DNA from: Candidatus Heimdallarchaeum endolithica
GTDB lineage: Archaea; Asgardarchaeota; Heimdallarchaeia; Heimdallarchaeales; Heimdallarchaeaceae
Assembly: GCA_021513715.1 (NCBI GenBank)
Contig: CP084167.1
Location: 256,001 to 320,000 of the forward strand
DNA: 64,000 bases
Reading direction: 5' to 3'
This document shows positions 1 to 10,400 of the stretch, in pieces; position 1 is the stretch's first letter; each line of letters opens with the position of its first letter. Position numbers and translations under genes: made by a program. The notes under the pieces are model-generated. The model was not told the origin of the DNA and did no database searches. It saw only the letters and a program-made list of their open reading frames with translations.

Positions 1-938
1 TCATTTTCTAAACCTTTTTTGAGTAATTCAATAAGTCTAAGGGGTTGTTTTTTATTTACTGCTAGAGTTGCTTCTAATAACTTTGATGGTTGATCTAATT
101 CTTTAGACCTAACATATAAAGCACTGACATCTTTTGGGAAACAACTTCCTCCGAACCCTGCTCCTGCACGTAAGAATTTATCTGATATTCTATGGTCCAT
201 TCCAACTCCTTTAGCCACATCTTTAATATCAATACCAAATTTTTCTGCTAAATTAGCCATTTCGTTAATAAAAGATATTTTCATTGCTAAAAATGAGTTT
301 GAAGCATATTTTATCATTTCTGCAGCTGTATTATCAGTAAACAAAATAGGAGCATCAAATTCATTATAACATTTAGCAATAACGTTTTGTGTTTCTCTAT
401 TTGACCCACCAATAACGACCCTGTCTGGATATAGAAAATCATTTATTGCAACTCCTTCTCTCAAAAATTCAGGATTCATTCCTAGACCAAAGTCAACATT
501 AAGTTTCTTTCCACTTTCTTTTTCAATAATTGTTTTTCCTATTTCATCTGTCGTTCCAGGAACACAAGTACTTTTAATCACAATTACCTTGAATTCGTTA
601 GCTTCTTTTAATTCTCGAGCTATGCCTTTTGCTGCTTCTTTTACATAAGTATAATCCATAGAACCATCAGGAAGAGAAGGTGTACCGACACATATGTAAA
701 TTATCTCAGATTTTGCTACAGCTTCAGATATATTTAGAGTGGCTTTTAGGTTTCCTTTTTCTACAACTTCTTTTAGCATTCTAGCCAAATCTTTTTCATA
801 AATAGGTGGTATCCCTTTATTGATTTTTTCCACTTTCTCTGGAATAACATCAACACAAGTGACTTTATGTCCCTTTAATGCAAAACAAGTTCCAGTTACT
901 AGTCCTACATAACCTGTTCCTATTACCGCGATATTCAT
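1..938 (-). CDS. ugd: UDP-glucose/GDP-mannose dehydrogenase family protein (3' end runs off the window)
   Basis: Not in the ORF track. Manual translation from ATG at 938 gives MNIAVIGTGYVGLVTG (Rossmann), ICVGTP, KSTCVPGT, NPEFLREG and catalytic GFGGSCFPKD. Confidence 0.93.
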   Translation of the reverse strand, partial: MNIAVIGTGYVGLVTGTCFALKGHKVTCVDVIPEKVEKINKGIPPIYEKDLARMLKEVVEKGNLKATLNISEAVAKSEIIYICVGTPSLPDGSMDYTYVKEAAKGIARELKEANEFKVIVIKSTCVPGTTDEIGKTIIEKESGKKLNVDFGLGMNPEFLREGVAINDFLYPDRVVIGGSNRETQNVIAKCYNEFDAPILFTDNTAAEMIKYASNSFLAMKISFINEMANLAEKFGIDIKDVAKGVGMDHRISDKFLRAGAGFGGSCFPKDVSALYVRSKELDQPSKLLEATLAVNKKQPLRLIELLKKGLEN

Positions 939-1032
939 CTTAAAGAGAGCATTGTTTAAAGATATATTAAATTTTTCAATTGAAATTAGTAAAAAAACAA
1001 ATGTTTTTTAGTGCTCTTTAAATTGTGATATA

Positions 1033-2358
1033 ATGAGTCTTAACACTAACAAAAAAATTGTACAAATTGCTGATTCAGTCCATAAGTACATATCTATCCC
1101 AGATAAGTTTTATTTAAAGTTAATTGACACTACTGAATTTCAGAGGTTGAGAAGACTGGGACAGCTAGGGGGAGTGCCAATTTCATATCCTTCTGCAACA
1201 CATAGTAGATTTGCACATAGTTTAGGAGCTTTTCATATAGCTAATAGAATGATAACATCGCTAAAAAATAAGCATTCGGATATAGTTTCAGAAGAAGATG
1301 TTGATTACGTAAGAATCGCTTCGTTAATTCACGACATTGGACATGGACCTTTTAGTCATATGTTTGAGGACATATTCACTAAATTCTGTAAAAACGAAAA
1401 AAATATGAAAAAATTTAAGCCGTTTCAAAAACATGAAAATATTACTGAACAGATTGTTCTTTCTGACGAATCTGAAGTTGGAAAGATATTAAACGATAAA
1501 GGATTTAATAAAAGAAAAATAGCTCACTTGATTATTGGAAAAGAAATAGAAGGAAAACCTTTTCTAAACCAGATTATTGCTTCTCAACTTGACGGAGATA
1601 GCATCGATTATTTGATGAGAGATTCATTAGAAACAGGAGTTTCTTATGGTTTATACAACATTGATAGGCTTATTGCCATGCTAAATATTTCCAAAGATGG
1701 AAATATTATTGTTAAGGAAAAGGGATTACAATCTGTAGAACAAATCGTTGTTGCTCGATATATGCAATTCACAAGGGTTTATTTTCATAAAACTGTTAGA
1801 TGTTGGGAATTCATGGTTAAAACATTCATTTATGAATTAATAAGAAGTAAAGAAAAAGGGACAGATATTGCCTTATTACCTTTTCTTGAAAACTTTATTG
1901 ATAATCCATACTGGAAAACCATGTTACCTTTAACTGATGATACTATTTATACACAAATACAGTTATCAGCCCTAAAAGAAGAAAAAAATAAGGTCCTAGA
2001 GGATCTTGCGAAAAGATTGTTAAGAAGAAAATTGTTTAAGAGTATTCCAATAACTGAAGAAACAGCTAATAAGTTACTCAAAAACAGAGAAGTTATAGAT
2101 AAGATAATTGAGAAATTTAATTATCCTAAAGAATTTTGGGGAATAGATAGTTTCTATTCAAGATATTATACACCATATGAAGAAAAAAATAGAAATGCGA
2201 TTCTAGTAAAAATGAAAAATGGATCAGTCAAACAGCTTTCAGAAGTATCTGAAGTCGTTCAAAGTTTATCTAAACCAAAACATAATAGCTTACTTATCTG
2301 TCCTGAAGAATGTAAAAATGAAATAATAAAAAAAGAAATAATTGAAATTTTTGAATAA
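1033..2358 (+). CDS. HD-domain phosphohydrolase (dNTP triphosphohydrolase/SAMHD1-YwfO-like)
   Basis: EFQRLRRLGQLG, HSRFAHSLG, HDIGHGPFSH, DYLMRDS and VYFHKT motifs. Confidence 0.92.
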   Translation: MSLNTNKKIVQIADSVHKYISIPDKFYLKLIDTTEFQRLRRLGQLGGVPISYPSATHSRFAHSLGAFHIANRMITSLKNKHSDIVSEEDVDYVRIASLIHDIGHGPFSHMFEDIFTKFCKNEKNMKKFKPFQKHENITEQIVLSDESEVGKILNDKGFNKRKIAHLIIGKEIEGKPFLNQIIASQLDGDSIDYLMRDSLETGVSYGLYNIDRLIAMLNISKDGNIIVKEKGLQSVEQIVVARYMQFTRVYFHKTVRCWEFMVKTFIYELIRSKEKGTDIALLPFLENFIDNPYWKTMLPLTDDTIYTQIQLSALKEEKNKVLEDLAKRLLRRKLFKSIPITEETANKLLKNREVIDKIIEKFNYPKEFWGIDSFYSRYYTPYEEKNRNAILVKMKNGSVKQLSEVSEVVQSLSKPKHNSLLICPEECKNEIIKKEIIEIFE

Positions 2359-2369
2359 ATTTCATATTT

Positions 2370-5165
2370 TTACTGGAACCAATTATTTTGATCATCTTTT
2401 TCTGATTCAGTATCGACATAAGAGTCTTCAGAAGTAGGTTCAGTATCAATATAAGAGTCTTCAGAAGGAATGTTAGATATTAAAGCGGATTCATCTTTCG
2501 TTTGAACATTATCCTTTGTGTCAATGTTTTCTTTGGAGTCAAAATTGTTTTTAGGATCATGATTGTGGTCTATTTCTATTGTAGAGAATTTCATTTGTGT
2601 TTGAGCATACTTTGACCTATCAATTATATTTCCACAGTATCTGCAAGTTGAGTATTTTCTTTTCACAGTTTCTCCACAATAAGGACATCGTTTGATTATA
2701 TGTAGAACATAGAGTGAGAATTGCTTCCATAATACTGCCCAAATAACACTGAGAGAACCTAGTATTTTTCCAAGCGTTGACGAAAAAATGTCAGACAGCC
2801 ACTGATAAATAGCTTCAAAGGTGTTTAAAGGAATTATTTCAATTTCATACTCAAAACTTGTCGTTGGAAAATTATTACTTGTAACTTCAATCACTAGATT
2901 CGCATTTTCTTTCAAATCCTTTGTTGGAAGACTTATTTGAGCAGGAAGAGGTATAGGAATAGAAGCAAATTTTGGTGCAAACTTCGGATCTACACTTTGG
3001 GTTACTGCATTTGTTATATCTTCATCATTCAATTTTATTGTTGCTTTTGGATTGAGGACTAATGTTTGTATTTGGGGTTGCACTCCTATAGTCAAGGTTA
3101 GATCATTTCCTCTTTTTACAGTTAAATCTTGGGATAATTCCAGAATAAGTGCATTTCTCCTTATTGTTATAGTCTTATATAACCAAAATTCTACATAACC
3201 ATCTTTAGTTGCAAAAATCTCAATATCAAACCTTGGATTCTCGTCAGGATTGTTAGCAAACTCAGGCAAAGCTAAAATATCTTTTATTGACAATTTGAAA
3301 TCATACGAGCCAGCATTGCTTGATATAACATTAGTAGAGTTTCCTAACCAAGTTAAAGATAGAGAAACTTTTGGTACTGAAACACCTTTTTCATCTTCAC
3401 ATAAAATGGAAAATTCTAAGTATTCATCTACTCCTTGTGTTGCTATAAGTTGAGATGGGTCAGTATATACTCTCAATTCTCTTAAAACATAGATGCTACT
3501 CTCATAGTCAACAACAGTTGTTTCACCTATAGAAATTATGAATCTAGGATAATAATCTCCCCCTTCACTAACTGTAGTGTTTACAAAGAAATGAGTTGGT
3601 TCTGTGACTTGAGCACCATCAATAGAAAAAGTATTTATTATTAAGGTATCATTTGATGTGAAATTAAGTTCGCTATCTATTACAAAATCAAAACTTGTAG
3701 CAAAGGATGCATTAGAGTAACTAAAAACGTTTGTACTTTCACTCCAAAAGATATTCCAGAAAATATCAACAGTCTCATTTGTATAAATATTTTCAGGGAT
3801 AGTCAAATCAGCAGCAAGAGCATATTTCTTTAATTCCATTGATATTGCCATTGAATTAGCTACAAAGGGATTTTTCTTATATTCATCAATTTTGTAGGAA
3901 AAAACACCTTGATCTGTGGATAATCCAGGGTCATAGAAATTAGCTGTTTTGAAAGTTTGTTGAGTTGAGGTTATAATTGAAATAGCTAGTTCTCCTGGGG
4001 AAAAACCGTATTTTTCCAGATGGTACCTATTAAACTCACGCAAAGCTAATGCAGCTAATGTGCAGTCAAATGTTGAAATTATATTTCCCTTTAAACTTGA
4101 AGTTATATTATAAATTGATACAGGTAAATTATATTCAGGGTTGTAAAAGATTGCTAAAGCATCTTCTAGCAACAATTGACCATAAACAAAAAATAAATCT
4201 TCATAAGACATATTCCCTTGGATTTTTAGGTATTTACTCTCATAGAAATAAGCAGAAGACAAGAAAATGCTTCCTGTAAAAGCGAGAGTGTCATTTATTG
4301 CAGGATCTGTTCCTCTAATTGGAGCCTTACGAAAGAAACCTTCCCCTAGATCGACATTTTGACTATGATTATTAAAATAGAACTTAATAACGTCATAACT
4401 TTGAGAATGATAAGTTGTAGGGTCTTTAAGTCCATGAGAAGCCATAGAGTATAGTCCTGCAATTTCAGCTGTTGTGTAACTAGATGAATTTACAATAGAC
4501 CAATCAGTACTAGAAACAAAAGCATATTCTTTTATTATGTGGTTAGATGAATCATAGAAAAAATCAGTAATATTGCCCATCAAATTATTCGCTAAAGTCC
4601 AATAAGCATTAGCAGTTGTATTTTCAAATATTGCTTCAAAAGCTTTAGCAAATCTTTCGTACATTAAAACCAAGTAAAGATTGTCATAGGCAAAAACCTT
4701 GAAATCAGTTGTCTTAGTATCTAAAGCAATCATCTTATTATTTATATCCAAAAACAAACTATTATTAACAATCCAACTAGCAGTATAAAGATAATCAGGG
4801 TTGTAAGTTGCGAAGAAAAGGTCAATATATGATAGAGCAAAGTGAACCAAAGCAAGATCATGAACATTGGTTACTTCAATTGAATCAAAATCAAATTGCT
4901 CCAACATAAAGAATGCTAAATCTTTTGCACTTGATAGACTTTTACTTTCTATCCAGTTATAGTAATTTGTAGTATCTTTTTTAACTGGCAGAGTATTGAT
5001 TTTTGTTTCTGCTTGATATGAGTCAGTTGTATGAATAGCATCAAAATTCTTACTAGTCAGAGAAAGTACATACGTATTTGTATTTGAATTAGCTAAACCA
5101 TACACTAAACTCGATAAATTTAGAATTAAAAATGATAGAAGAAAAAAGAGTGTAGATTTTTTCAT
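2370..5165 (-). CDS. Secreted/membrane-anchored hypothetical protein with cytoplasmic zinc ribbon and acidic tail
   Basis: N-terminal signal peptide, large extracellular region, late hydrophobic helix, CPYC..CRYC, D/E-rich end. Confidence 0.75.
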   Translation of the reverse strand: MKKSTLFFLLSFLILNLSSLVYGLANSNTNTYVLSLTSKNFDAIHTTDSYQAETKINTLPVKKDTTNYYNWIESKSLSSAKDLAFFMLEQFDFDSIEVTNVHDLALVHFALSYIDLFFATYNPDYLYTASWIVNNSLFLDINNKMIALDTKTTDFKVFAYDNLYLVLMYERFAKAFEAIFENTTANAYWTLANNLMGNITDFFYDSSNHIIKEYAFVSSTDWSIVNSSSYTTAEIAGLYSMASHGLKDPTTYHSQSYDVIKFYFNNHSQNVDLGEGFFRKAPIRGTDPAINDTLAFTGSIFLSSAYFYESKYLKIQGNMSYEDLFFVYGQLLLEDALAIFYNPEYNLPVSIYNITSSLKGNIISTFDCTLAALALREFNRYHLEKYGFSPGELAISIITSTQQTFKTANFYDPGLSTDQGVFSYKIDEYKKNPFVANSMAISMELKKYALAADLTIPENIYTNETVDIFWNIFWSESTNVFSYSNASFATSFDFVIDSELNFTSNDTLIINTFSIDGAQVTEPTHFFVNTTVSEGGDYYPRFIISIGETTVVDYESSIYVLRELRVYTDPSQLIATQGVDEYLEFSILCEDEKGVSVPKVSLSLTWLGNSTNVISSNAGSYDFKLSIKDILALPEFANNPDENPRFDIEIFATKDGYVEFWLYKTITIRRNALILELSQDLTVKRGNDLTLTIGVQPQIQTLVLNPKATIKLNDEDITNAVTQSVDPKFAPKFASIPIPLPAQISLPTKDLKENANLVIEVTSNNFPTTSFEYEIEIIPLNTFEAIYQWLSDIFSSTLGKILGSLSVIWAVLWKQFSLYVLHIIKRCPYCGETVKRKYSTCRYCGNIIDRSKYAQTQMKFSTIEIDHNHDPKNNFDSKENIDTKDNVQTKDESALISNIPSEDSYIDTEPTSEDSYVDTESEKDDQNNWFQ
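2406..2468. repeat. 33-bp intragenic tandem duplication (SEDSY[I/V]DTE x2)
   Basis: ttcagtatc..ataagagtcttcagaag occurs twice at 33-bp spacing. Confidence 0.8.
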
Positions 5166-5213
5166 AACATATATTGATAAACATTGATTATATATTTTTT
5201 GAGAGAGGAAAAT

Positions 5214-5597
5214 CTATTTTTGGAGTAATAAGTCCTTCAATTCCTTAATTTCTCTTTCTAAATCATCTAAACGTTGAAAATTTTTTTTCCAAAGAGGATT
5301 TACAGCTAATTGTACTTCTTGTTCACCCTTATATGTTCCTTTTCTATAATCAAATCTACCTATAATTATTGCAACAGGAGGATAAAGGATAATAAAAAGC
5401 AAAGCAAATTTCCAGAATGAAACCCATTCTGGGATAAAATACAATTTTTCTATTAGTAAATTGTAGAAAATTAATGTGAAGTTTATGAAATAAAAGATTA
5501 GATAAAACCAGCTATTGTGTCCTCTTAAGAAATAAACCCTCATTCTTCCTAAAAAATCTAAAGTATCTCTAGCTTGTGTTCGTACATTTTTTTTCAT
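5214..5597 (-). CDS. Small two-TM membrane protein with C-terminal coiled coil
   Basis: Two hydrophobic segments; LDDLEREIKELKDLL heptads. Confidence 0.7.
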   Translation of the reverse strand: MKKNVRTQARDTLDFLGRMRVYFLRGHNSWFYLIFYFINFTLIFYNLLIEKLYFIPEWVSFWKFALLFIILYPPVAIIIGRFDYRKGTYKGEQEVQLAVNPLWKKNFQRLDDLEREIKELKDLLLQK

Positions 5598-5649
5598 TGT
5601 AAGTTAAGTTAAAAAAGGAGAGATAAAAAAATTTCTAAAAAAAGGACAG

Positions 5650-7407
5650 TTATGCAATTGACTCATTTTTTTTATTCTTTTGAATACTTAGATATTCTAC
5701 AATAATCTCTTGTAATTGCTCTTTGCTTACACGGTAATCTTCTTCTATTTGGCCATCTGAAAGGCGAATATGTCGAAACCCTGGACGTAATAAACTTAAA
5801 TCATGAGAACAAACAATAACTGTTTTATGTTCTAATTTAGCTATATCCATAAAAAGATTAATTATTGAACGAGCAAGTTCAGAGTTAAGATTGGCTGTAG
5901 GTTCATCAGCAATAAGTATTGAAGTTTTTCTAGCTAAACTGGTAGCTAGTGCAGCACGTTGTTTTTCTCCTGCAGAAAGCTCATCAGGATATGACTTGAT
6001 TTTATGATCTATAAAGCATTCTTTCATTATTTTTTTGGCATAATCTGTATCCATTTTCTTTCCCAAGAATAAATAGGGTAAGAGGAGATTATCTTCTACC
6101 AACAATGGTTCAAAGAGATTGTTATGCTGGGTAATATATGAAATATGTTTCAATCTGAAATCAGAAATAAGGGGTTCTGGTTGGTTTTTAATATCAAAAC
6201 CCATTATTTCAACATGTCCTTCATCTATTTTATCTAACCCTGAGATACAATTAAAGAGAGTAGTTTTTCCTACTCCACTAGGACCAGAAATGAAAACAAA
6301 ATCTCCTTTATTAATTGATAAGCTTATCCCTTTTAGTACTAAATTATATCCAGCTGGAGAAGGGTAACCTTTCTTCAAATTTTTTATCTTAATAATAGGT
6401 TCTTCTTTTTCAGGAGGAACAAAACTTCTAGAAATAATTGGTTCTACATCTTCATATTTTACTTGATCTACTGTTTCTTCATATTCTTCTTCAGGATTGT
6501 TTAATATATGATAAATATCCTCTCTAGTAATCAGATCAGGATTCCAAATTAGTCCTATTTTTCTTGAAGGATGAAGATCATACTCAACTGTATCTTTGAT
6601 TCCTAAACTTCGTTTTATTTCGTCTGGAATCCTGGCAAAATTAGAGGGATCTACATATGACCTTTTCATTTCTGAAGATTGCATAAGAAATTCTAACTGG
6701 TTCCTATTAATGTCTATACTTATTCCTGCCAGACGCCCGTCACGAATAATAAAACTTCTCTCAAAGACAGTTCTAAAACGGATATCGTGAGTTACTACAA
6801 GAATAGTTTTTCCCATAGTAATATTTACATCTTTAATAGTTTCAACTACTTCTTTTGTATGCATATTATCCAATTGTCCTGTAGGTTCATCACACAATAG
6901 AATGTCAGGATTCTTTGCTAAAGCTACGCCAAGAGATAAACGAATAGCTTCTCCTCCAGAAATTTTTTCAACATTATTCTTTGCTATATGTTTTAATCTC
7001 AGAAGCTCAAGCAGCTCTTCTACTTCTTTTTTGGCTGTTTCGTGAGGGAGACAGAACATGCGTTTTGGTATCATTAAGTTGTCCATTACTGTAAGCCTTG
7101 GAAACAAGTTCTGGCTTATAAATTGATTAATTAATCCTATGTTATAATACCTAAACTCTCTTCTTTCTCTTTCTGTCATTTTATCTAATTGTTGACCCTT
7201 AACAACAACTCTTCCACCAGTGGGGACATCAAGTCCAGCTAAAATGTTAATTAATGTTGTTTTTCCAGAACCAGAAGGGCCAATAATACTAACTAATTGG
7301 CCTTTTTTTATGTTGAGAGTTAAACCCCTCAAAGCTGCAACTTTATATTCTGTTACAGGGTCATAATATACTTTTAATAAATCATCAGCTTGTATCATTT
7401 TTATCAC
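5650..7407 (-). CDS. ABC ATPase (LolD/MacB-like) with two NBDs and a central AbrB-like domain
   Basis: GPSGSGKT, ISGGE, DEPTG; then VDPSNFARIPDEIKRSLGI; then GPSGVGKT, LSAGEKQR, DEPTAN. Confidence 0.9.
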   Translation of the reverse strand: MIKMIQADDLLKVYYDPVTEYKVAALRGLTLNIKKGQLVSIIGPSGSGKTTLINILAGLDVPTGGRVVVKGQQLDKMTERERREFRYYNIGLINQFISQNLFPRLTVMDNLMIPKRMFCLPHETAKKEVEELLELLRLKHIAKNNVEKISGGEAIRLSLGVALAKNPDILLCDEPTGQLDNMHTKEVVETIKDVNITMGKTILVVTHDIRFRTVFERSFIIRDGRLAGISIDINRNQLEFLMQSSEMKRSYVDPSNFARIPDEIKRSLGIKDTVEYDLHPSRKIGLIWNPDLITREDIYHILNNPEEEYEETVDQVKYEDVEPIISRSFVPPEKEEPIIKIKNLKKGYPSPAGYNLVLKGISLSINKGDFVFISGPSGVGKTTLFNCISGLDKIDEGHVEIMGFDIKNQPEPLISDFRLKHISYITQHNNLFEPLLVEDNLLLPYLFLGKKMDTDYAKKIMKECFIDHKIKSYPDELSAGEKQRAALATSLARKTSILIADEPTANLNSELARSIINLFMDIAKLEHKTVIVCSHDLSLLRPGFRHIRLSDGQIEEDYRVSKEQLQEIIVEYLSIQKNKKNESIA

Positions 7408-10400
7408 TCCAAATTTCTAGGTCTATACTTATAGAAATTCACCTTCATTGAGAAGTAGAAGATGATATAGTATAATGCTCCAAATATTCCCACAACAACA
7501 CCTATAACTGGGAAGAAAAGATAACTCTTATAGGGAAGACTATACCATCCAAAATCAATAAAGATGTACTTTAAGAATCTATATAGACCATAGGCTCCAA
7601 ATCCTCCAATAATTATTCCAGGTATAAAACTTGAAACAAAGATTTCAAAAGCAGATATATTGATAATCCTATTTACTCTCACACCTAGTTTTCTAAGAAT
7701 GTCATTTTTAGAAGCTTTTTGTATTAATAGTTTCAGAGGATTGCTTAAGCTAATAAAAGCAACAGCAAATATACTCATCAATATCATAAAAACGAACATT
7801 GAAGTTAAAACGTTATAAAAAGGATAAGCTTGAAACAAAACTAAATCTGCTTGTTCTTTTGCATTCTGTGAATCAATATTCAATTCTCTTTTTATTTTTT
7901 CACTGAACTCTATTGGATTAACATTTGGTTTAAGTTTAATTAAAAGCCTATCAAGTGAAAGAGCTGGTGTTTTTAGGGAATCCTTAATTTCTGTAAATGT
8001 TTGATTTGTTAGAACAATATGAAAATCATACCAGAAATAATCAAAATAATAAATATTTACATCGTCATCTAACCAACGATCTCCGTAGAAAAAGATTGGA
8101 AAATAAGTGAATTCCCCTCCAATTTTGACTTCTTTATTCATTGTTTCATTAGCAGAGGTAAAAGTAAATTTATCAGGAGAAAGAAAAACCTTGTTAAAGA
8201 GTTTACTCACTAACATAGTATCATTTTCTTCTAATTGAGCTAAGAGCTCATTGAAATTTGGAATTATGTATTTTGGCACATCATAGATAGTAGAACGGAA
8301 TTCTGTAATATTATCTATTACTAAAAATCTAAAATTGAGTTCTCCATAAGTTGACTCTATAACACTTATATTTGCAACACTAATTACTTCATCATAAGAA
8401 GTAAGATTTGACTTAAGAGTGCTATTATATAATGACCAGTTAGAAACATAGATATCAGCTCCTGAAGAAAAGTAAGCTATGTCATTGAAATTATCTTGTA
8501 TTGCTAAAGGTACAATAATTGAAGGAACAACAAAAGCAATAATCAACAGAAAAGAGAAAAACGTGTTTGTAAACAATTTTGCATCAGAACGAACCTCAAT
8601 TAATGAAAAGGATCGAATAGACTTCTTAATTTTCCACGATAGTTTACTGAGAACAATAAGAAGAAGATTATGTAACTCTCTAATCAATAGTCCGACACCA
8701 AAAATAGCTATCATAGCTCCTATACCCATTAAACTAACAAAAATAACGATAAGAGAAGATAATTCTTCTTCAAAAATCCAAGAGAAGAGGACTACTAAAT
8801 AATATCCTCCAAGAGCAATAGCTATCCCAAAAATAATTACTAAAAAGTAATGTAGTCTTAACCTTTTTATAAGAGTTACAAATCTCTTTGGTTCTTTTTG
8901 TTTCTTCTCTGATTGTTTAGCTAACTTGATTATTCTTGGTAGAGAAGCAATAATTAAAGCAAAAAATGTTACAATAATAGTAACAAAACTTCCTTTTAAT
9001 GTAAAAAGATAAATTGGATTAGTGAATTGGAGAAATTTATCTACTTTTAGAAGAATCGGAGTAAAGATAAAAGTTCCTAGCAATCCAAATAGAGTCCCTA
9101 CAATTGACTCTCCAAACTTCATAGAAGAATAGATAAAGGTTATTCTTCCAACAGATAAACCTTGTGATTGTAAAATCTCTATTTCTTGTTTAAAACTAGA
9201 AGCAAAAATAGAATTTACCTCACTTAGTAGAAACAAAGCTATGAAAACAATTGGAATTGTAATTAAATAGATCAAAAATCGCATAGTTATCAAATCGTAT
9301 TTGAAAGAATAAATAATATATCCTAATTCATAACTTATTGACCAAGTTCCAGTAGGGTCAAATTTAAAGTAGTGAGTACGTGCTTCAGTTAAAGAATCAT
9401 ATTCCTCTGCAAGCTGATCGAAAGTTTCTAGATCAAGAGAAGAAAAATCATAAATAAATTCTATTGATCCTTGCAAAGTAAGCTGACCTAAAGAAAAGTT
9501 CTCTAGATTTTTTAAGAAAAATTGGTTATAACTAATAACAGAATACATATCATAAGAAAGCATTCGAACAGGATCAAAAGGCAATTTATTATCTTTGCAA
9601 AGTTGACTTAAGGTGTTATATCCAATACTAGAATAAATTCCTGAAACAGTCAAGTTTATTTTATCATAATTTAGAAAAACACCTTTGTCGCTTATTGAAT
9701 TAAACTGAATTATTTCTCCTACTTGAAGGTCTAAGTTTTCTGCAGCTTCACTAGAGACAATTACTTCTCCTTTTTCTTTCGGTAAAGTCCCTTCAACTAA
9801 TAGTGATCGTAAAACAAAGTTATAACTAGAGTTAATTGAAAAATATTGGACAGTACTCTCTCCTGTAGTAGTATTTGAAGTATAAATAGAAATACTATCT
9901 GTAATTTGGTAATCTACTATTAAGTTTGCATAAGTAGGAGCTTTCTGTTTCAAAGTTTTCATAATATCCTCTGCAGCTAGAAAAGTATAATTTTCATTAA
10001 TTAAAGAAATATTTCTTGCAGATTCTGACTGTTCTATAAATGATTTAGTAAAATCAATAGAAGTGTCATAATTTGATCCAAAATCATAATTGTGGAAATA
10101 CTTCTGTAAAACAGTAGCTTGTTCTGAATTATACAATACCGAAGTGTTTATTAGAACAAATGCAAGAATTGAAAGACCAAAAATGTTTATTATTAGTCTT
10201 TTCTTATTAACTTTCCACAATGAAAGAACTAAACTATATGTATTATAGAAAAATAACCAAATATTAATAAAAATTAATCTTACAGTAGAGACATTTTCTA
10301 CTACAGGCCTTAATAAGAATTTTTTCACTTTGTGTATAGATTTATTAATCCTTTTGTGGAAAATACCATAAAGTCCCCCTATTATACTAAATATAACTAA

